From: Snowella sp. | GTDB taxonomy: Bacteria; Cyanobacteriota; Cyanobacteriia; Cyanobacteriales; Microcystaceae | Direction: 5' to 3' | Length of the DNA stretch: 23,730 nt | Assembly: GCA_035285545.1 (NCBI GenBank) | Contig: JAYKGY010000127.1 | Coordinates: 1-23,730, forward strand | Shown here: piece by piece, positions 1-8,170 of the stretch | Layout of the letters: each line of letters starts with the position of its first letter | How positions within the stretch are numbered: the first letter of the stretch is position 1 | Notes under the pieces: generated by a model | What the model saw: only the letters and a program-made list of their open reading frames with translations | What the model was told of the DNA's origin: nothing | Database searches by the model: none | Program-made: the position numbers and the translations under genes

Positions 1-127
1 GAGTCAAGCTAGCAGGGGCACGTTGGAACCGTAATAATGTTTCTCGCATCTTACGTCTTCGATGTGCTTATCTTAACCGCTCTCCTTCTTTAAGTACAAA
101 TAAACTATCCTAAATGGGATGCACCCC
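1..127 (+). mobile_element. Right end of an ISKra4-like insertion sequence, with probable terminal inverted repeat AAATGGGATGCACCCC (112-127)
   Basis: The transposase stop at 111-113 is followed directly by ATGGGATGCACCCC, a CCC-ending terminus typical of this family. The partner IR lies outside the window. Confidence 0.7.
3..113 (+). CDS. C-terminus of an ISKra4-family-like transposase (truncated by the window start)
   Basis: Frame 3 reads VKLAGARWNRNNVSRILRLRCAYLNRSPSLSTNKLS*. This matches from recall the 'R.K..GA.W...NV..IL..RCAYLN' tail of cyanobacterial ISKra4-type transposases. Not in the supplied ORF track. Confidence 0.8.
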   Translation, partial: VKLAGARWNRNNVSRILRLRCAYLNRSPSLSTNKLS

Positions 128-344
128 AAGAAACTCTATCTCCAGTGGAAGAAAAAAATAAAAATAGGATTTACCGTTAATTATTACTATCTTGAACGAT
201 CGGGATTTTATCCGAATTGCCTTGTCTTGTTTATCCGTTCTTCAAGATTAGAATCGATTGCCTATCAAATATTATTAATAAATTTTTGGATCGTTTTGAC
301 GGGTTCTTACTCCTAAATCACAACACTTATAAAATCATTGAAAT

Positions 345-2858
345 ATGAAATCCCAAAAATCTGAAAGTACCAATCATAGATTCACCTCGATCACCCTGTC
401 GAGTGTGAGTGAAAAGAAGTTAGACGAGGGCAACGAACGACAGACTTCTGGTATTTCATCACCCACTTCTCATAATGTCTTAAAAGCCACCCATTTAAAC
501 AGTAATTCACCAGATATTGTTTGTTTATCCCATTTACGCTGGAATTTTGTTTTTCAACGGCCCCAACACCTCCTCAGTCGTTGTAGCCAAGAAAGACGGG
601 TATTTTTTGTCGAAGAACCCATCTTTAAACCCGAACCAGGCGGACGGTTAGACATTAGCAACGATCAATGCGGAGTGACAGTGGTGGTGCCCTACTTACT
701 GCAAGGGATGGCTCAGGAAGAAATAAATGCTGCCTTAGAAGGTTTACTCAGTGATCTGCTCGTTGATTATCAGATTCATCATTATATTTGTTGGTATTAC
801 ACACCGTTAGCGATCGCCTTTACCCGACATTTGCAACCCCAAGCGGTAATTTATGACTGCATGGATGAGCTATCAGCCTTTAAAGGTGCATCCCCGCAAC
901 TCAAAGAATATGAGGCCGAACTGTTCCGCAGAGCCAATTTGGTTTTTACTGGCGGACAAAGCCTTTATGAAAGTAAGGTGAATCGACATCCCCATGTTTA
1001 CGCTTTTCCCAGTAGTGTCGATGTCGCTCATTTTTCCCAAGCTCGAAAAGTTGAAGAACCCACCGATCAAGCCGATATTCCCCACCCTCGTCTCGGATTT
1101 TTTGGGGTGATAGATGAACGGATGGATCTGGAACTGTTGCAGGGAGTGGCCGAAGCTCGGCCCGATTGGCATTTAGTGATTTTAGGGCCAGTGGTGAAAA
1201 TTGATCCAGCTACCCTACCCCAGTGCGATAACATTCATTACCTCGGCAGCAAAAGTTATCAAGACTTGCCGAAATACCTAGCGGGTTGGGATTTGGCTCT
1301 GTTGCCTTTTGCCCGCAATGAATCGACCCGTTACATTAGCCCCACTAAAACGCCTGAATATTTAGCGGCGGCTAAACCCGTTGTTTCTACTTCCATTCGG
1401 GATGTGGTGCGTCCTTATCAAGAATTAAATTTAGTCCGCATTGCGGATACGGTTGAGGAGTTTGTAACTGCTGCTGAAAAAGCGATGCAGGAAGATACCC
1501 CCACTTCCGGTTGGTTGGATCGGGTTGATGCCTTTTTAAACAAGCTTTCCTGGGATCGAACCTTAGCCTCGATGATTAAGCTCATTGATTCGGCGATCGC
1601 GACTGAACAGGCCGAGAATTCCCTTAAGGGTCACAGTAATGGTAAAAACAACGGTAAACCGGAAAATCTAAGTAATGGTAAAGGAAGCTCAACAGCGATC
1701 GCGGATCGTCCCGCCCCTATCAGTTCAGGTATCCAGGCTCCTAGTATTGCCAAAAAAGACTTTGTTTTCGATTATCTGGTTGTTGGTGCAGGTTTTTCAG
1801 GATGTGTCATTGCTGAACGGTTAGCCCGTCAGTTAGGAAAAAAAATTCTGGTAATTGATAAACGCAACCATATAGGCGGAAATGCCTACGATCACTACAA
1901 CGACGACGGCATTCTGGTTCATAAATATGGGCCCCACATTTTCCATACCAATTCCCGTGAAGTCTTTGAATATCTTTCCCGCTTTACCCAATGGCGAGCC
2001 TATGAACATCGGGTTTTAGCCAGCGTTGATGGTCAGTTAGTCCCCATTCCCATTAATTTAGACACCATCAATAAGCTTTACGGAATGAAGCTCAACTCCT
2101 TTGAGGTAGAAGCGTTTTATAAATCCCTCGCTGAGCCGACAGACTATATCCGTACCTCTGAGGATGTGGTGATCAGTAAAGTGGGGCGGACGTTATATGA
2201 AAAATTCTTCCGCAACTATACCCGAAAACAATGGGGTCTGGATCCTTCCGAATTGGATAAATCGGTAATTGCCCGCATTCCCACCCGCACCAATCGGGAC
2301 GATCGCTATTTTACCGATAGCTATCAAGCCATGCCCCTTTATGGATTTACTCGCCTATTTGAAAATATGTTGAACCATCCCCATATCAAGGTGATGCTCA
2401 ACACAGACTATCGGGAAGTGGAACAAGCGATTCCCTGCCGCGAAATGGTTTATACAGGGCCAGTGGATGAATTCTTTGATTATCGCTACGGTAAATTGCC
2501 CTATCGTTCCCTCGACTTCAAACACGAAACCCATAACGTTTCCATTTATCAACCCGCCCCTGTTATTAACTATCCCAATGAGCATCTCTATACCCGTGTG
2601 ACGGAATTTAAGTACCTGACAGGGCAAGAACACAATAAAACCAGTATTGTTTACGAATTTCCCAAGGCAGAAGGCGATCCCTACTACCCCATACCCCGCC
2701 CCGAAAATCAGGAAGTTTATAAGCAATATAAAGAACTTGCCGATGCAACATCTGGTGTTCATTTTGTGGGACGGCTAGCGACCTATAAGTACTACAACAT
2801 GGATCAGTGTGTTGCCCAGGCTTTATCGGTTTACAAACAGATTGCGGTTAAAGCTTGA
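345..2858 (+). CDS. glf: Fusion: GT-B (GT4-like, Glyco_trans_1) glycosyltransferase + UDP-galactopyranose mutase
   Basis: N-terminal domain motifs SHLRWNFVFQRPQHL, YDCMDEL and SPTKTPEYLAAAKPVVST. Low-complexity linker at ~aa 417-470. C-terminal FAD-binding DYLVVGAGFSG plus UGM motifs HIGGNAYD, YGPHIFHT and GRLATYKYYNMDQ. Confidence 0.93.
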   Translation: MKSQKSESTNHRFTSITLSSVSEKKLDEGNERQTSGISSPTSHNVLKATHLNSNSPDIVCLSHLRWNFVFQRPQHLLSRCSQERRVFFVEEPIFKPEPGGRLDISNDQCGVTVVVPYLLQGMAQEEINAALEGLLSDLLVDYQIHHYICWYYTPLAIAFTRHLQPQAVIYDCMDELSAFKGASPQLKEYEAELFRRANLVFTGGQSLYESKVNRHPHVYAFPSSVDVAHFSQARKVEEPTDQADIPHPRLGFFGVIDERMDLELLQGVAEARPDWHLVILGPVVKIDPATLPQCDNIHYLGSKSYQDLPKYLAGWDLALLPFARNESTRYISPTKTPEYLAAAKPVVSTSIRDVVRPYQELNLVRIADTVEEFVTAAEKAMQEDTPTSGWLDRVDAFLNKLSWDRTLASMIKLIDSAIATEQAENSLKGHSNGKNNGKPENLSNGKGSSTAIADRPAPISSGIQAPSIAKKDFVFDYLVVGAGFSGCVIAERLARQLGKKILVIDKRNHIGGNAYDHYNDDGILVHKYGPHIFHTNSREVFEYLSRFTQWRAYEHRVLASVDGQLVPIPINLDTINKLYGMKLNSFEVEAFYKSLAEPTDYIRTSEDVVISKVGRTLYEKFFRNYTRKQWGLDPSELDKSVIARIPTRTNRDDRYFTDSYQAMPLYGFTRLFENMLNHPHIKVMLNTDYREVEQAIPCREMVYTGPVDEFFDYRYGKLPYRSLDFKHETHNVSIYQPAPVINYPNEHLYTRVTEFKYLTGQEHNKTSIVYEFPKAEGDPYYPIPRPENQEVYKQYKELADATSGVHFVGRLATYKYYNMDQCVAQALSVYKQIAVKA

Positions 2859-2864
2859 TCCTTG

Positions 2865-2915
2865 AATCCCCCCTAGCCCCCCTTAATAAGGGGGGAAGTC
2901 GAAGACGGGGGGATT
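2865..2915. repeat. GC-rich nested palindromic short dispersed repeat (CCCCCC-TAG-CCCCCCTTAATAAGGGGGG type)
   Basis: Outer AATCCCCCC (2865-2873) pairs with GGGGGGATT (2907-2915). Inner CCCCCCTT-AAT-AAGGGGGG (2877-2895). Mini-hairpin GTC-GAA-GAC (2898-2906). Starts a few nt after the glf stop. Confidence 0.75.
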
Positions 2916-2962
2916 AGCTAGGTGAGATCGCAAGATTAGAAAAAGAAAAGAGAAGTGGACTT

Positions 2963-5158
2963 ATGGTGTTAGCAAAGCAGTCGGTAGAAATCTGGGCGGG
3001 TGTGGAGTGTACCGTTAATCGAGTGGGTGAGCAGTATTTTGATCAACTAGAACGCAATGGCCACGGCGATCGCCTAGAAGACCTTACCTTATTTCAGCAA
3101 TTAGGCATTGAAAAAATTCGTTATCCTGTACTGTGGGAACGAATCGCACCGAATGGGATAGAAAAAGCCGATTGGTCATGGCCTGATGAACGCTTAAGTC
3201 GATTGCGGGAAGCAGGAATTGATCCGATTGTTGGTTTAGTCCATCATGGCAGCGGCCCCAGAAATACGAGCCTGATTGATCCTAAATTTCCTGAAAAATT
3301 GGCCGTTTATGCCCGTGCTGTCGCTGAACGTTACCCCTGGGTTACTTATTACACCCCCATCAATGAACCCCTAACCACTGCCCGTTTTAGCGGTATGTAT
3401 GGCCATTGGTATCCGCATGGACGCGATGACTTGACCTTTGCTCGTGCCTTGTTGAATCAATGTCGAGGGGTTGCGTTGGCGATGCAGGCGATTCGAGAGG
3501 TAAACCCCGATGCCAAGCTGGTGCAAACGGATGATTTAGGAAAAATTTACAGTACCCCTAAACTCCGTTATCAAGCAGATTTTGAAAATGAACGCCGTTG
3601 GTTGAGCTTTGATTTACTCTGTGGTCGTATTAGTCCTGATCATCCCATGGGGAAATATTTACAGTTTTGTGGCATTAGTGAAACTGAATTAACGAAATTT
3701 CAAGAAACGGTTTACTGTCCGCCCGATATTCTGGGCATTAATCACTATCTCACCAGCGATCGCTTCTTGGATGAGCATTTAGAAAATTATCCGATTTGGA
3801 CACATGGGGGCAATGGAAAAGACCGCTACGCCGATGTAGAAGCCGTCAGGGTTTGTGCTGATAATATTGCAGGCCCTTATAACCTATTACAAGAAGCCTG
3901 GGAACGATACGGCATCCCTTTAGCCATTACAGAAGTTCATCTCAGTTGTACCCGTGAAGAACAGTTACGGTGGTTTTATGAAATTTGGAATTCTGCCCAA
4001 CAGTTGCAAACTGAAGGAGTGGATATCCGAGCCGTAACTGCTTGGGCCTTACTCGGTAGCTACGATTGGAATAGTTTAGTCACCCGTTCTATGGGCTACT
4101 ACGAATCGGGGGTGTTTGATCTGCGTTCTCCCCAACCCCGACCGACCGCGATCGCGAAACTCATTCAAACCATAACCTCAGGCCATCAACCCGATCATCC
4201 GTTACTGCAAACCCCTGGGTGGTGGCACAGATCGGATCGCTTTGCCTATCCCCCTATCCGTTGCTTCTCAACCCTTGATCCAGAAGTCCCCTTTCTATCT
4301 CTTTCCTCTCCCTCTCGTCCCTTAGCGATCGTAGGAGCCAGAGGAACACTAGGACAAGCTTTTGCGCGATTGTGTGAACTGCGGGGCATTACCTACCGTT
4401 TATTGAGTCGTCAGGAGATGGATATTACCGATCCTGATTCAGTGAATACGCTTTTAACGGAATTACAACCCTGGGCGGTCATTAACGCGGCGGGCTATGT
4501 GCGGGTTGATGATGCAGAACGGGAACCCCATGTCTGCCTAAAAATTAATACGGAAGGGGCAGAAATCCTCGCGGCGGCTTGTGCGAAACATCAGGCGGCT
4601 TTACTCAGTTTTTCTTCGGATTTAGTGTTTGATGGTACGGTTACTAATCCCTATGTGGAAACGGATAATGTGGCTCCTTTAAATGTTTACGGACACAGTA
4701 AGGTTTTAGCGGAAAAGAAAGTCTTACAAACCTATCCCCAATCCTTGGTGATCCGTACCAGTGCCTTTTTTGGCCCTTGGGATGAATATAATTTTGTGAC
4801 CATTGCCCTGCGCCATCTCAGTGTCGGCGATCGCTTCATTGCGGCTGAGGATACGGTTATTTCTCCCACTTATGTTCCTGATTTGGTTCATGCGAGTTTA
4901 GATCTTTTAGTGGATAGGGAAAGCGGCCTCTGGCATTTGGCCAATAAGGGATCATCTGATGGCATTAGTTGGGCAGATTTAGCTCGATTGGCCGCTAAAC
5001 AAGCAGGAATTAGCGTTAATAGTTTAGTTGCTTTGCCCAGTGAAGCGTTAGGGTTAGCGGCTCCTCGTCCGACCTATAGCGTTTTAGGCAGCGATCGCGG
5101 GGAATTGATGCCCGATTTAGATTGCGCCCTTTCCCGATATTTGAATGAAAAAGTTTAA
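2963..5158 (+). CDS. Fusion: family 1-like (clan GH-A) glycoside hydrolase + RmlD-like (dTDP-4-dehydrorhamnose reductase-type) SDR
   Basis: GH part: RYPVLWERIAP, acid/base TPINEP, nucleophile ITEVH. RmlD part from ~nt 4320: GARGTLG (GxxGxxG), NAAGY, SSDLVFDG, catalytic YGHSK, SPTYVPDL. Confidence 0.9.
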   Translation: MVLAKQSVEIWAGVECTVNRVGEQYFDQLERNGHGDRLEDLTLFQQLGIEKIRYPVLWERIAPNGIEKADWSWPDERLSRLREAGIDPIVGLVHHGSGPRNTSLIDPKFPEKLAVYARAVAERYPWVTYYTPINEPLTTARFSGMYGHWYPHGRDDLTFARALLNQCRGVALAMQAIREVNPDAKLVQTDDLGKIYSTPKLRYQADFENERRWLSFDLLCGRISPDHPMGKYLQFCGISETELTKFQETVYCPPDILGINHYLTSDRFLDEHLENYPIWTHGGNGKDRYADVEAVRVCADNIAGPYNLLQEAWERYGIPLAITEVHLSCTREEQLRWFYEIWNSAQQLQTEGVDIRAVTAWALLGSYDWNSLVTRSMGYYESGVFDLRSPQPRPTAIAKLIQTITSGHQPDHPLLQTPGWWHRSDRFAYPPIRCFSTLDPEVPFLSLSSPSRPLAIVGARGTLGQAFARLCELRGITYRLLSRQEMDITDPDSVNTLLTELQPWAVINAAGYVRVDDAEREPHVCLKINTEGAEILAAACAKHQAALLSFSSDLVFDGTVTNPYVETDNVAPLNVYGHSKVLAEKKVLQTYPQSLVIRTSAFFGPWDEYNFVTIALRHLSVGDRFIAAEDTVISPTYVPDLVHASLDLLVDRESGLWHLANKGSSDGISWADLARLAAKQAGISVNSLVALPSEALGLAAPRPTYSVLGSDRGELMPDLDCALSRYLNEKV

Positions 5159-5567
5159 ATCAAAGTTTAAGCAATAGTAATTATTGCCTTTCGTGAATCT
5201 TTTCATCTACAGCTTTCTTTCTGATTAAGAAAAAATTATATTGAAAATTTTGTTTGCACTTGAACCCCATTAATGGCGGATGACAATAAATCCAATTGTT
5301 TTTTCCGTGCGCGAGTTAAATAATGATCCCCTGCTCAAATTTTTGATAAAGCTTTATTTATTGAGAAAATTGCTAAAATTCTTGTTTTTTTGTAAATAAA
5401 AAGAACAATTATGGCAACAAGGTCACCGGAAGCAGGATAATAGAATAATCAGTTGGCTAATAGCAATTCATCCCCATTAATCCGAATTAATAGGACTTAG
5501 GGGCTATCGTCATTCCCGTCTTCCTCTTGGGTAAATGGATCAAGAGAATAGGTGATCAAAACGTCGT

Positions 5568-8003
5568 ATGGATCAAACAAACGAATATATTTTTTTGATC
5601 GTGGATGATTCTGAGAGCGATCGCCGTATCTATCGACGCTGGCTTACTAAGGAGCAATCGCAACCCTTCCACTATCAATTAATTGAGGTCGAAAGTGGAG
5701 AGGAAGCCCTGCTTTGGTGTCAAGAAAATTCATTCGATTTATTGCTGATTGACTATAACTTGCCCGATATGACGGGGCTAGAGCTATTACAACAACTTAA
5801 AGTTCGATTTCAGTTGGATAAAATTCCCGCTATTATTTTAACGGGGCAAGGCAGCACGGAAATTGCGGTTGAATTACTCAAAAATGGGGCTGAAGATTAT
5901 TTTGATAAAAATCAACTGACGGAAGATATTCTCAAGCGATCAATTTGGGGCGTTCTGAAACAATTCCAATTGGTAAAACAGTTAAAACAATCGGAACAGG
6001 AAAAAGAAGCAGCTCTCCAGCAACTCAATCAAGCCTTAGAAAAACAGGTTAAAAAGCGGACATTAGCTCTCCATGAAAGCGAAAAACACAATCGAACGAT
6101 TCTAGAGGCTATCCCCGATTTGTTATTGCACCTCAATCGCCAAGGAATTCGCCTCAATACTATCAAGCCGAGAACGGAACTAGAGAAATTTTTCCCGATT
6201 GTGGAAAATATTGCCGAAGTTTTGCCGCCTGAATTGTTACAGAAACAGTTGTACATGATCGAGCAGGCGATCGCGACCCAAGAATTACAGGTCTATGAAC
6301 ACGAATTTGTTCGAGACGGCCAAACCCACTACGAAGAAGTCAGAATTTTAGCCTTAAATGACGAAGAGGTCTTAGCCATTGTCCGAGACATCAGCGATCG
6401 CAAACAAGCCGAAGCCGCCTTACAACAACAAGCCCGACAGGAACAGCTACTCTTTGCGGTGAGTCAAGCCATTCGCCAATCGTTGAATTTGGAAATTATT
6501 TTAGAAACTGCCACCCAAAAAGTGAGGGAAATTCTCCAGGTTGATCGTGCGACGATTTATCGTTTTAATGCCGATTGGAGTGGGGATTTTATCGTCGAAT
6601 CCGTCGGCCCAGCGTGGGTTAAATTAATCGAGAAAGATAAGACGCTCACCTGGAAAGATACCTGTTTACAAACAACGCAGGGGGGGCGTTTCCGTCAGCA
6701 ACAATCCTATTTTGTATCCGATATTTACGCGCATAATTTACATCCCTGTCATATTAATCTACTCGAATCCTTACAAACTAAAGCCTGTGCCGTTTCTCCC
6801 ATTTTTTCAGGAGAGTCTTTGTGGGGTCTATTCGCCATCTATCAAAATACGGCTCCCCGTTACTGGCAAACCTGGGAAATTGAATTGTTAGAACAAATTG
6901 GGGTTCAACTCGCGATCGCCATTCAACAATCCGCACTCTACGAACAATTACAGCAGGAACTGAAAGAACGTCAACAAGCAGAACAAGCCTTAGCCGAAAG
7001 AATAGAAGAATTAAAACAACGCAACTCCGAAATGTCCCTACTCAGTGAAATGAGTGATTTCCTGCAAGCTTGCATCACTGTCGAAGAAGCCTGTCGAGCC
7101 GTTACCAGCCTCATTCCGCCCCTTTTTCCCCACTGTTCAGGCGGCATTGCCATGATTAACAATTCTCGGAATTATTTAGAAACTCTGTCAACCTGGGGCA
7201 TGGATACCTATTCTGCTAGCTTATTTGAATCTAATGATTGCTGGGCATTGCGTCGCGGTAAACTCCATTTTGTTGCAGAACAATCTCCCCATTTATGCTG
7301 TAACCACATTAAGCCGACCCATCCCCCCGTCGAAACACTCTGTATTCCCATGGTTGCCCAGGGAGAAACCTTGGGGCTGTTTTATCTCTGCTCCTCCCAT
7401 CCTGACCAATTGAGTGAGGCTAAACGTCAACTCGCCTGCGCGATCGCTGAACAAATTAGCGCGGTTATTGCTAACTTAATCCTACGGGAAAAATTAGAAC
7501 ATCAAAGTATTCGAGATCCGTTAACCGGATTATTTAATCGTCGCTATTTGGAAGAATTTTTAAATAAAGAAATTCATCGGGCTATCCGTCACCAATATTC
7601 CATCGGCATTATTATGCTCGATATTGATCATTTCAAACAGTTTAATGATCTCTTAGGCCATGATGCGGGAGATTATGTCTTAAAAGAAATTGGTTATCTC
7701 CTCCAAAAAATGATTCGGATTTCCGATGTGGCTTGCCGTTATGGGGGAGAAGAAATGACCATTATTTTACCAGAAACTTCGTTAGAAACCACGACCCAAA
7801 AAGCCGAAACGATCCGAGAAATGATCGCCCAACTGCAACTCAATTATCAAGGACAGCCTATGAAGAAATTAACCGCATCCTTGGGAGTCGCAACTTTTCC
7901 TGAGCAGGGAACAGCCGTTAATGAAGTCATTCACGCTGCGGATATGGCCCTTTATCGTGCGAAAGAAGCAGGAAGAAATCAGGTCATTGTCTATGGGGAT
8001 TAA
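5568..8003 (+). CDS. Diguanylate cyclase: REC - PAS/PAC - cyanobacteriochrome GAF - Cys-rich GAF - GGDEF
   Basis: REC: IVDD...LIDYNLPDMTG...LTG...FDK. PAS/PAC ending VRDISDRK. CBCR GAF: DRATIYRFNADWSG, WKDTCLQTTQGGRF, HPCH, LWGL..YQ..PRYW. Second GAF: CWALRRG. GGDEF: DPLTGLFNRR, DIDHFKQFND..GHDAGD, RISD I-site, RYGGEEM. Confidence 0.92.
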   Translation: MDQTNEYIFLIVDDSESDRRIYRRWLTKEQSQPFHYQLIEVESGEEALLWCQENSFDLLLIDYNLPDMTGLELLQQLKVRFQLDKIPAIILTGQGSTEIAVELLKNGAEDYFDKNQLTEDILKRSIWGVLKQFQLVKQLKQSEQEKEAALQQLNQALEKQVKKRTLALHESEKHNRTILEAIPDLLLHLNRQGIRLNTIKPRTELEKFFPIVENIAEVLPPELLQKQLYMIEQAIATQELQVYEHEFVRDGQTHYEEVRILALNDEEVLAIVRDISDRKQAEAALQQQARQEQLLFAVSQAIRQSLNLEIILETATQKVREILQVDRATIYRFNADWSGDFIVESVGPAWVKLIEKDKTLTWKDTCLQTTQGGRFRQQQSYFVSDIYAHNLHPCHINLLESLQTKACAVSPIFSGESLWGLFAIYQNTAPRYWQTWEIELLEQIGVQLAIAIQQSALYEQLQQELKERQQAEQALAERIEELKQRNSEMSLLSEMSDFLQACITVEEACRAVTSLIPPLFPHCSGGIAMINNSRNYLETLSTWGMDTYSASLFESNDCWALRRGKLHFVAEQSPHLCCNHIKPTHPPVETLCIPMVAQGETLGLFYLCSSHPDQLSEAKRQLACAIAEQISAVIANLILREKLEHQSIRDPLTGLFNRRYLEEFLNKEIHRAIRHQYSIGIIMLDIDHFKQFNDLLGHDAGDYVLKEIGYLLQKMIRISDVACRYGGEEMTIILPETSLETTTQKAETIREMIAQLQLNYQGQPMKKLTASLGVATFPEQGTAVNEVIHAADMALYRAKEAGRNQVIVYGD

Positions 8004-8170
8004 ACCTAAAAAATATTAATCAAATTTATCTGATAAAACCATCAATCCTTATCGGTTGGATCTTCCTTTTGAAGGATTAGAAAAATTAACAGATCTTTCC
8101 CTAGTCGGTGTGAGTTCAAGATTTGAGTGAGTAGGGTAGAAAAAACAAATGTAAATTTTTATACCGTTAT

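Noticed and set aside
119..316. 65-aa ORF in the track
   Set aside because: Starts inside the IS terminal repeat and runs through AT-rich promoter DNA, with no recognisable motif or SD.
5159..5567. 409-bp intergenic region upstream of the cyclase, checked for a c-di-GMP riboswitch, ncRNA or pseudogene
   Set aside because: No GEMM-like consensus or recognisable reading frame; only a weak AT-rich hairpin at 5171-5187.
6394..7447. HIP1 sites near GAF domain boundaries (6394, 6912, 7440) as domain-shuffling points
   Set aside because: They fall on common SDR and AIA peptide motifs that readily accommodate HIP1, and they are not at homologous positions or all in the same frame.
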